Of a DNA stretch of 40,510 nt, positions 1 through 6,073 are shown in pieces. Position 1 is the stretch's first letter; each line of letters begins with the position of its first letter. The stretch is from an uncultured Candidatus Saccharibacteria bacterium (GTDB lineage: Bacteria > Patescibacteriota > Doudnabacteria > UBA920), in NCBI GenBank assembly GCA_964609785.1, contig CAZSSN010000002.1, positions 1 through 40,510 of the forward strand, given 5' to 3'. The notes under the pieces are model-generated. The model ran no database searches. It had not been told where the DNA came from and worked only from the letters and a program-made list of their open reading frames with translations. The position numbers and the translations under genes were made by a program.

Positions 1-54
1 CATAAAGCCGGGAGATTTACAGTCTCCAGTGTTTGACCGCTCCACAACCGACCC
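1..54 (-). tRNA. tRNA-Tyr (anticodon GTA), 5' portion only; the 3' part runs off the window start
   Basis: Reverse complement of 1-54 reads GGGTCGG/TT/GTG/GAGCGGTCAAA/CAC/T/GGAGA/CTGTAAA/TCTCC, then the start of a long variable arm. This gives an acceptor strand, the 3-bp D stem typical of class II tRNAs, and an anticodon loop with GTA. Confidence 0.8.
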
Positions 55-93
55 ATCGCCAATCTATATTTAGATTAACTCGGTACAAATAGA

Positions 94-122
94 ATTTTAC
101 TCTATTTTAAAGGTTTTGGCAA
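94..122 (-). promoter_or_regulatory. sigma70-type promoter upstream of tRNA-Tyr
   Basis: Minus strand: TTGCCA (122-117), 17-nt spacer, TAAAAT (99-94), about 40 nt upstream of the tRNA 5' end. Confidence 0.5.
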
Positions 123-130
123 TGCTCTAA

Positions 131-305
131 AATACAAAAATCGTCCCGAATGGTGGACGATTTAGCGTTGGGGATAATGTCGATCTAGATAGATCTTGGG
201 CCAGCTCGCCCTGTTTTTAGGGTGGTAAAGCTGGGTTCCCCTGGATATGTAATATCCTCCGTATTGTGCTATACGTGTTCAGAAATGGGCCATGTGGCGT
301 TGAGC
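131..305 (-). ncRNA. Candidate ~170-nt small RNA of unknown class, delimited by its own promoter and intrinsic terminator
   Basis: No ORF longer than about 12 codons on either strand. Minus-strand promoter at 312-340. Minus-strand terminator: stem 140-146/155-161 (ATCGTCC/GGACGAT) followed by TTTTTGTATTTT. Internal hairpins at 198-240, 243-257 and 260-275. I recognised no SRP, tmRNA or 6S signature. Confidence 0.3.
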
Positions 306-311
306 TAATTT

Positions 312-340
312 AGTATAATCCCCAGGCTGGACTTTCGCAA
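312..340 (-). promoter_or_regulatory. Promoter for the candidate sRNA
   Basis: Minus strand: TTGCGA (340-335), 17-nt spacer, TATACT (317-312). Confidence 0.4.
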
Positions 341-356
341 GGGATTGTGTTAGAAT
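328..356 (+). promoter_or_regulatory. Extended -10 promoter upstream of tRNA-Thr/rpmG
   Basis: TGGACT (328-333), 17-nt spacer ending in TGt, TAGAAT (351-356), about 37 nt upstream of tRNA-Thr. Confidence 0.4.
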
Positions 357-392
357 TTTAAAGTTAATTTGGAGCTTATAGGAAGGCCTTGT

Positions 393-468
393 GCCGGCTT
401 AGCTCATCCGGTAGAGCAACGGTTTTGTAAACCGTAGGTGGTCGGTTCGAGTCCGACAGCCGGCTCCA
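393..468 (+). tRNA. tRNA-Thr (anticodon TGT), encoded CCA end
   Basis: GCCGGCT/TA/GCTC/ATCCGGT/AGAGC/A/ACGGT/TTTGTAA/ACCGT/AGGTG/GTCGG/TTCGAGT/CCGAC/AGCCGGC/T/CCA. Perfect cloverleaf with a canonical T-loop. Confidence 0.95.
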
Positions 469-508
469 GAAAAGTTAATCTATCAGATTAAGTAGAATTA
501 AGAATTTT

Positions 509-667
509 ATGTCACAAGATAATCGCATCGATCTAGAATGTACTGTGTGCCACAACTTGAACTACGCTACAACGAAGAACAAGAAGAACACTCAGGCAAG
601 ACTAGAAATTAAAAAGTTTTGTAAGCACTGCAAAGTTCAGACAGCTCACAAAGAAACCAAGAAATAA
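509..667 (+). CDS. rpmG: 50S ribosomal protein L33
   Basis: 52-codon ORF below the track cutoff: [52 protein letters not shown]. CxxC...CxxC zinc ribbon, basic, L33-like throughout. TAGAAT -10 box at 493-498. Confidence 0.9.
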   Translation: MSQDNRIDLECTVCHNLNYATTKNKKNTQARLEIKKFCKHCKVQTAHKETKK

Positions 668-670
668 TAT

Positions 671-694
671 CCGCAACCGCGGGTTTTATTTTTG
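671..694 (+). terminator. Weak intrinsic terminator after rpmG
   Basis: CCGC-aacc-GCGG stem-loop followed by GTTTTATTTTT. The stem is only 4 bp. Confidence 0.3.
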
Positions 695-761
695 CCTTGG
701 ATTTATCAAAACTTTATAAAAACTTGACCAGGACTTTATGAGGGTTGTGCAACAATAAGTT

Positions 762-1415
762 ATGCATAACGAAAATAAGAAAAAACAAGCAGTTTCTCTA
801 AGAAAAGCCGGGTATTCACTAAGTCAAATAGCCAAGATGCTTCAAATAGCCAAGAGCACTAGTTCTATCTGGGTGCGTGATGTTGAGATGAAAGCCCCTG
901 CAAAATTTCGATTAGATGGTAGGAGCGTTGAAGGAAGGACTAGAGGTGCACTTGAAAGGAAGAGGAGGCTGTCAATTAGATACAGAGTGATCGATCAAAG
1001 TGTCAAAGAAGATTTAGCTGATTTCATACCATCGAAAACAATCAAAAGACTGTTATGCGCATTTTTGTATTGGGGTGAAGGATCTAAGACCAGAAAAGAT
1101 TTAAGGTTTATAAATTCTGATCCTAAATTAATAGCTACGTTTTTGACATTATTTAGAGGATCATTTGCTATAGATGAGCTTAAATTTAGAGCGAGATTAC
1201 ATATACATGAATATCATGATAAAAATAAACAGTTGATTTTTTGGTCAAAAATAACTAAAATACCTATATATCGGATATCAATTTACAGAAAACCTAATAC
1301 TGGGAAGAGAATTCGAGAAGGTTATCCTGGCTGCATTTCAATCAATTACGCTGATAGTGTAATTTTTACTGCTTTAACAGGGTATTACAGATTGTTAGAT
1401 ATGCGGGCTTGGTGA
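762..1415 (+). CDS. HTH domain protein with a C-terminal LAGLIDADG-like (homing-endonuclease-like) domain, putative
   Basis: N-terminus SLRKAGYSLSQIAKMLQIAKSTSSIWVRDV looks like a resolvase/homeodomain-type HTH. LLCAFLYWGEGSK...LRFINSDPKLIATFLTLF resembles a single LAGLIDADG motif plus the following strand/helix. The stop codon (1413-1415) lies inside tRNA-Trp. Confidence 0.5.
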   Translation: MHNENKKKQAVSLRKAGYSLSQIAKMLQIAKSTSSIWVRDVEMKAPAKFRLDGRSVEGRTRGALERKRRLSIRYRVIDQSVKEDLADFIPSKTIKRLLCAFLYWGEGSKTRKDLRFINSDPKLIATFLTLFRGSFAIDELKFRARLHIHEYHDKNKQLIFWSKITKIPIYRISIYRKPNTGKRIREGYPGCISINYADSVIFTALTGYYRLLDMRAW

Positions 1416-1476
1416 AGTGGTATCATATTTCTCTCCAAAAGAAATGTCGTTGGTCCGATTCCAACAGCCCGTGCCA
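1403..1476 (+). tRNA. tRNA-Trp (anticodon CCA), encoded CCA end, atypical T-loop
   Basis: GCGGGCT/TG/GTGA/AGTGGTA/TCAT/A/TTTCT/CTCCAAA/AGAAA/TGTC/GTTGG/TCCGATT/CCAAC/AGCCCGT/G/CCA. Good cloverleaf, but the T-loop begins TCC rather than TTC. Confidence 0.85.
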
Positions 1477-1482
1477 CAAAGT

Positions 1483-1507
1483 CACTCACCAAAAGGTGGG
1501 TGTTTTT
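1483..1507 (+). terminator. Intrinsic terminator after tRNA-Trp
   Basis: CACTCACC-aaaa-GGTGGGTG stem-loop followed by TTTTT. Confidence 0.7.
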
Positions 1508-1545
1508 GTAGATAGGTAGATCTAGATTGGTGTATAATGTTAATT

Positions 1546-2319
1546 ATGAATTACAAAGAAAATGTTTTGCCTGTTCTGCGAGAAGCTAAGCAGATGCTAC
1601 TCTCTGGTTATGGAATAGCTGAGATTATTAATCAAAAATCTGAAATAGCTGCCGATGTAGTCACAGAATTAGATATTGCGGTGGAGATTTTTGTGCGTGA
1701 CAAATTAAAGCTTATGTATCCAGACATACCTTTTGTAGGAGAAGAGTTCGGAGGTGATAGAACGGCTAATAAATTTTGGTTAATGGATCCTATCGATGGT
1801 ACAGGGTATTACATAAGAGGTCTGCCATTTTGTACAACAATGTTAGCTCTTATCGATAATGGACAAGTAGTCTTTTCAGCGATATATCATTTTGTAAATG
1901 ATGATATGTATTGGGCGCAGAAAGGTGGCGGTGCTTATAAGAATGAGGAGAAATTACAGGTTAGCCATCGTCGATTGAAAGACAGTTATATAAGTTGGGA
2001 GACCCATTTAGAGAAGGCGGAAAATAAAGAAATCTGGAACAACTTACAGAAGCTAACAATTTTTTCTAAAATATTAGCATCGGGATGGGAATTTACCATG
2101 ATAGCTGCTGGCAAAATTGACGCTAGAGTAACCTTCGATCCATACGGTACAGATTATGATTTTGCTCCGGGTTCTTTGCTAGTTTCAGAAGCAGGTGGAA
2201 AAGTAGCCAATATTTCTTCGAATGATTATGATTATCGAAATACCAGCTTCATCGCAGCAAATCCATTGATTTACTCCGAGTTAACCGAGGGGAACAATGC
2301 CTTATTTCCAATAAAGTAA
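1546..2319 (+). CDS. Inositol monophosphatase family protein (SuhB/IMPase-like)
   Basis: WLMDPIDGT motif and EE..G metal-site region; length typical of the family. The track start at 1537 sits inside a TATAAT box (1533-1538), so I prefer the ATG at 1546 (MNYKEN...), which would make the mRNA leaderless. Confidence 0.85.
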   Translation: MNYKENVLPVLREAKQMLLSGYGIAEIINQKSEIAADVVTELDIAVEIFVRDKLKLMYPDIPFVGEEFGGDRTANKFWLMDPIDGTGYYIRGLPFCTTMLALIDNGQVVFSAIYHFVNDDMYWAQKGGGAYKNEEKLQVSHRRLKDSYISWETHLEKAENKEIWNNLQKLTIFSKILASGWEFTMIAAGKIDARVTFDPYGTDYDFAPGSLLVSEAGGKVANISSNDYDYRNTSFIAANPLIYSELTEGNNALFPIK

Positions 2320-2349
2320 ATTCTTATTTACTTTCAGAGTCGGGCCAAC

Positions 2350-2376
2350 AAAAATCGCCGATAAGGCGGTTTTTTG
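2350..2376 (+). terminator. Intrinsic terminator (A-tract / CGCC-gataa-GGCG / T-tract)
   Basis: AAAAATCGCCGATAAGGCGGTTTTTT. A near-identical copy occurs at 2816-2842. Confidence 0.7.
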
Positions 2377-2383
2377 TTATCAT
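2375..2383 (+). promoter_or_regulatory. Extended -10 element (TGtTATCAT) 6 nt upstream of the ATG at 2390
   Basis: TG at 2375-2376 and TATCAT at 2378-2383, then ATTGAT, then ATG. There is no Shine-Dalgarno sequence, and the geometry implies a leaderless mRNA. Confidence 0.4.
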
Positions 2384-2389
2384 ATTGAT

Positions 2390-2806
2390 ATGAATATAAA
2401 CTTCGTCGCGGTACTAGTTGCCGCTGTTGCGCAATTTATTTTTGGCGCAATATGGTACATGCCTATATTTGGGAAAATGTGGGGCAAAATCCATGGCTTC
2501 GATAAAGCAACTCCAGAAGAGCAAAAAGTGATGACCAAGAAAATGGCACCTCTTTTGGTTGCTCAATTCGTTTTTACGATTATAACTTCCGTGGTCTTCG
2601 CTCTGTTAATGAACGGCCTACCAAGCGATTGGAACGTGTATGGGCTAGCAGGATTCTTCTGGCTAGGGTTTATCGTTCCAACCCAAGTTTCTGCAGTGCT
2701 CTTCGGTGGGACTGATCCAAATTGGTTTATGCAAAAAATCTTGATTATGGCCTTTGGCTCATTGGGATGCATGATGATCCTTGCTTATATGCTCCAAGCT
2801 TTCTAA
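2390..2806 (+). CDS. DUF1761-family membrane protein
   Basis: N-terminus MNINFVAVLVAAVAQFIFGAIWYMPIFGKMWGK and about 4 hydrophobic segments, as in DUF1761 proteins. Confidence 0.6.
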   Translation: MNINFVAVLVAAVAQFIFGAIWYMPIFGKMWGKIHGFDKATPEEQKVMTKKMAPLLVAQFVFTIITSVVFALLMNGLPSDWNVYGLAGFFWLGFIVPTQVSAVLFGGTDPNWFMQKILIMAFGSLGCMMILAYMLQAF

Positions 2807-2815
2807 ATTAACTTT

Positions 2816-2842
2816 AAAAAATCGCCGTAAAGGCGGTTTTTT
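2816..2842 (+). terminator. Intrinsic terminator, second copy of the 2350-2376 cassette
   Basis: AAAAAATCGCCGTAAAGGCGGTTTTTT. Confidence 0.7.
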
Positions 2843-2850
2843 GTTATGCT
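2842..2850 (+). promoter_or_regulatory. Extended -10 element (TGtTATGCT) 6 nt upstream of the ATG at 2857
   Basis: Same layout as 2375-2383: T-tract of the terminator, TGt, hexamer, 6 nt (TAGGAT), ATG. Confidence 0.4.
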
Positions 2851-2856
2851 TAGGAT

Positions 2857-3309
2857 ATGAAACACTGGTTATTTAAAACAGAACCTAATAGCTATAGCAT
2901 TGATGATCTTCAAAAAGAGAAGAAAACTCTTTGGACAGGAATACGCAACTATCAAGTTCGCAATATGCTGCGTGACGACATCGCCAAAGGTGATAAGGTC
3001 CTAATTTACCACAGTAGCTCAGGGGATATTGGTATAGTTGGTCTGGCTGAGGTAATTAAAACTTGCATCCCAGATCCAACTGCTTTTGATCAAAAGGATC
3101 ATCACTTCGACCCTAGAAGTAAGAAAGATAGTCCAACTTGGTATTGCTGCGAAATAAAGTTTGTTAAAAAGTTCAAAGAAATTTTGCCGCTTAAAGAAAT
3201 AAAGCAACACCCAGAACTTATGGAAATGAAGTTGTTGCAAAAAGGAAGCAGACTTTCTATCACGCCAGTGACTAAGCCTGAATTTGAATTAATAATACAG
3301 ATCTCATGA
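2857..3309 (+). CDS. EVE (PUA-like) domain protein
   Basis: MKHWLFKTEPNSYSIDDL... N-terminus and ~150-aa size are typical of stand-alone EVE domain proteins. Confidence 0.75.
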   Translation: MKHWLFKTEPNSYSIDDLQKEKKTLWTGIRNYQVRNMLRDDIAKGDKVLIYHSSSGDIGIVGLAEVIKTCIPDPTAFDQKDHHFDPRSKKDSPTWYCCEIKFVKKFKEILPLKEIKQHPELMEMKLLQKGSRLSITPVTKPEFELIIQIS

Positions 3310-3905
3310 ATATAAAAGCAGTAGGTTTCGATTATGGAGGAGTTGTTGGAATTCACAAGAGTGTGATGCCAGATATTTCTGCTGCCATAAATTTACCTGT
3401 CGATGAAATTCGTGCTGTCTATTTAAAGTATAATCGCTTAGCAAATGTGGGAGGGCGATCATATCAAGAAGTGTGGAAGATGGTATTGGATGAGTTAGGC
3501 AAGGGGGAATTCTCAGACACCGTGAATAAGTTACTATCTGTTAATGACACCATCTTCTTAAACGAAAACGTGTTAAATCTTGTCCATGAATTGCGTGACA
3601 AAGGAATTCGGGTCGGATTGTTAACAAACAATACATCTTACAATGGTGAAGCTTTAAGGAAAGTTGGCCTTGCAGATCATTTCGATTCTTTCTTTGTTTC
3701 GGCAGAAATTGGCTATCAAAAACCAGAGTTGGAAGCATTTAAAGTCTTATTCGACAGTCTCGGCGCATCTTTTGAAGAATCAGTTTATATTGATGATGCG
3801 CCTAGCAGCCTAAGATTAGCTGGCGAAATTGGCTACCATCCTATATTATTCACTAGCTATGATCAATTAAGAAAAGAGCTAATTTCTTTAGGAGCATTAG
3901 AATAA
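3306..3905 (+). CDS. HAD-superfamily hydrolase (subfamily IA-like)
   Basis: Motif I variant FDYGGVV, motif II LLTNN, motif IV IDD. ATGA overlap with the EVE gene. Confidence 0.75.
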   Translation: MNIKAVGFDYGGVVGIHKSVMPDISAAINLPVDEIRAVYLKYNRLANVGGRSYQEVWKMVLDELGKGEFSDTVNKLLSVNDTIFLNENVLNLVHELRDKGIRVGLLTNNTSYNGEALRKVGLADHFDSFFVSAEIGYQKPELEAFKVLFDSLGASFEESVYIDDAPSSLRLAGEIGYHPILFTSYDQLRKELISLGALE

Positions 3906-4171
3906 TGTCAGAAAAATTTGAACACGAAGAACTTTTAATACGCACAGTCTTAGAACCAGAAGAAATTGTAGAAATTCAACTGTTGGAAGAAACAGAAAGC
4001 TCACTAAATATAGTCGTAATGGTGACTCCTGATGAGTACATCCAAAGTTACGTGCGACCATTTAGGAAAATTGGTTATGAGTTTTATCCTGAAAATTCAT
4101 CAATTATTAAATTACAGTTTCAAAAAGGGGAAACCTTTAAATATAACTTAAGCCTTAGCCAGGTAAATTAG
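3905..4171 (+). CDS. Hypothetical acidic 88-aa protein
   Basis: ORF translationally coupled on both sides (TAATG overlap upstream, 1-nt gap downstream). No motif recognised. Confidence 0.5.
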   Translation: MSEKFEHEELLIRTVLEPEEIVEIQLLEETESSLNIVVMVTPDEYIQSYVRPFRKIGYEFYPENSSIIKLQFQKGETFKYNLSLSQVN

Positions 4172-4172
4172 T

Positions 4173-4715
4173 ATGGAAGAATTAGACATAGAAAAATTAT
4201 ATAAATCTGCTGAGAAGCATATTGTTGATCATCAGTGCAGCGCTCATCCATACAAATATGGCGAAAAGCTTGTTGAGTATGTTTCAGAGCGTAAGCCTAA
4301 AAAGATCTTGGAAATTGGTACTGGTATTGGTTATACATCGGTTTTGATGGCGCTTGCAAATCCACACGCTCGCATTGAAACAATGGAAAAAGATTTAAAG
4401 CACGCACAAACTGCTAAAAAGTATTTTAAAGATAAAAAAGTTGCGGAAAGAATCTCTGTAATTAACGACTTCGCCGAAACAGTTTTACCGATGATTAAAA
4501 TCCAGTATGATTTTATCTTTTTTGACGGATATCAGATTCACTACGAATTCCTTCCTCAGTACAAGCGACTGCTTAAAAAAGATGGAATACTTTTCTTGGC
4601 GAATAATCATTTAAAGAGTAAAACAAGTGACCAATTTTTTACCGAGCTTGAAGATGGCAAAACTTGGAAGATCTTAGAGCAGTTCGACGATACAACAGTA
4701 GCTCAGCGTTTATAA
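4173..4715 (+). CDS. Class I SAM-dependent (O-)methyltransferase
   Basis: ILEIGTGIGYTS glycine-rich SAM motif, acidic residue after beta-2 (ETMEKD), FFDG motif. About 180 aa. Confidence 0.75.
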   Translation: MEELDIEKLYKSAEKHIVDHQCSAHPYKYGEKLVEYVSERKPKKILEIGTGIGYTSVLMALANPHARIETMEKDLKHAQTAKKYFKDKKVAERISVINDFAETVLPMIKIQYDFIFFDGYQIHYEFLPQYKRLLKKDGILFLANNHLKSKTSDQFFTELEDGKTWKILEQFDDTTVAQRL

Positions 4716-4775
4716 AACAAGGTCAAATTTTAACCCTATCTTTTTTACGATAAAAGGAGTATACTTAACGTATTA

Positions 4776-5156
4776 TTGGTTAAAAAACGCATAGATATGA
4801 GCGCAATTGACAAAGAGAAAATTTTCGTAGAATTGCGAAAGTATCATACTGAAGAATTTCCAGAAAAGCTGGCGAATGAAGAAATGCAAGCACTTCGTGA
4901 AGAGTTTCAAATCATCGAAGATGATATTGTCACCATGCTATTAAGCTTAGTAAATGGCAAACTTGGGTTCGTTGATTTTAAAAAGGAATTAGCAGACTTC
5001 ACAGACAAAGTTAAAGTGTTAAAAACAGGGGATCGCTTGGAAGATGAAAATCGTAATTTCTTCCTTGCTAAGATAGCTCATTTGAAAGAACTATTAGAAA
5101 TAGCAGAGCACGCAATTTTCAAACTTAAAGTTCCCCGAGTGCCTAAAGCTGTATAA
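4776..5156 (+). CDS. Hypothetical protein (start uncertain: TTG at 4776 or ATG at 4797)
   Basis: Clean helical-looking ORF followed by a terminator. No family recognised. Confidence 0.5.
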   Translation: MVKKRIDMSAIDKEKIFVELRKYHTEEFPEKLANEEMQALREEFQIIEDDIVTMLLSLVNGKLGFVDFKKELADFTDKVKVLKTGDRLEDENRNFFLAKIAHLKELLEIAEHAIFKLKVPRVPKAV

Positions 5157-5161
5157 AAATT

Positions 5162-5185
5162 CACACATTTAATTGTGTGTTTTTT
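5162..5185 (+). terminator. Intrinsic terminator
   Basis: CACACA-tttaat-TGTGTG followed by TTTTTT. Confidence 0.6.
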
Positions 5186-5265
5186 ATTGGTTTCATTTAC
5201 ATCATAACTTCTTCATTTCTCTCTAATAAAGTTATAATTGAAATAATTAAATAAAGAAAAGTCTT

Positions 5266-5619
5266 ATGGATTCATCTGTATCATCTCGCACAAAGCCACT
5301 GTACCGTGGTACTCAAATTGTTTGGTACGTAGTAGGTATATTGGAAGCGTTGTTAGCTTTCAGATTTATTCTGAAGTTGTTGGCAGCTAACCCAACTGCT
5401 GGTTTCACTAGCTTCATCTATGGAGTTACGTATCCCTTTGCAGCCCCATTCTTGAGTGTTTTCAAATTACCAACAGTCGAAGGTAGTGTTCTAGAGTGGA
5501 CCACTTTGCTTGCGATGTTAGTTTATTTCTTAATCGCATTAGCAATTATAAAGCTTTTTGTAATGAGTAAGGCTGTATCTACTCCAGAGGCTGCAGCTAA
5601 ATTAGATCAACAAGATTAA
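5266..5619 (+). CDS. YggT-family-like small membrane protein
   Basis: ALLAFRFILKLLAANPTAGFTSFIYGVTYPFAAPF resembles the YggT signature. Two or three TM segments. Confidence 0.5.
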   Translation: MDSSVSSRTKPLYRGTQIVWYVVGILEALLAFRFILKLLAANPTAGFTSFIYGVTYPFAAPFLSVFKLPTVEGSVLEWTTLLAMLVYFLIALAIIKLFVMSKAVSTPEAAAKLDQQD

Positions 5620-5693
5620 TCAATTCACTAATTAATTAATAATTAAACTATTGCGAGCATTAAATTTTGGCTCACAATACATGAGGAAAAATT

Positions 5694-5957
5694 ATGGGTA
5701 TTATAATTTGGATAATATTTGGTGCGTTAGCCGGATGGATCACTTCAATGATCATGGGAACTAACATGTCTCAAGGTTGGATCGGGAACATTGTCGTTGG
5801 AATTATTGGTGCAATTATTGGTGGCTTCATCATGAATGCGCTAGGCCAAGGCGGAGTTTCAGGATTCAACCTATACAGCCTATTAGTAGCTGTATTAGGA
5901 GCAGTAATCCTAACTGTGATTGTAAAAGCTTTTCGTGGCAACGGTCGCGCAGCTTAA
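5694..5957 (+). CDS. GlsB/YeaQ/YmgE family stress-response membrane protein
   Basis: MGIIIWIIFGALAGWITSMIMG... with Gly-rich TM helices. SD GAGGA upstream. Confidence 0.8.
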   Translation: MGIIIWIIFGALAGWITSMIMGTNMSQGWIGNIVVGIIGAIIGGFIMNALGQGGVSGFNLYSLLVAVLGAVILTVIVKAFRGNGRAA

Positions 5958-5972
5958 TATAGCGCTAACCAA

Positions 5973-6008
5973 GGCCGCTCTGCACACATAATAATAGAGC
6001 GGCCTTTT
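5973..6008 (+). terminator. Intrinsic terminator
   Basis: GGCCGCTCT ... AGAGCGGCC 9-bp stem followed by TTTT. Confidence 0.75.
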
Positions 6009-6022
6009 AAATTGGCTGAGTG

Positions 6023-6051
6023 TTGACAAAATGGCAAAAAAGTGCTATTAT
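6023..6051 (+). promoter_or_regulatory. sigma70-type promoter of the repeat-protein gene
   Basis: TTGACA (6023-6028), 17-nt spacer, TATTAT (6046-6051). Confidence 0.6.
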
Positions 6052-6073
6052 AACGAATCAATAACGTACATCA

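Noticed and set aside
131-305. Assignment of the structured tRNA spacer to SRP RNA, tmRNA or 6S RNA
   Set aside because: I could not find the SRP domain IV consensus (GGAAGCAGC-type), a tRNA-like tmRNA 3' end, or long-range 5'/3' pairing typical of 6S RNA. It is kept only as an unclassified candidate.
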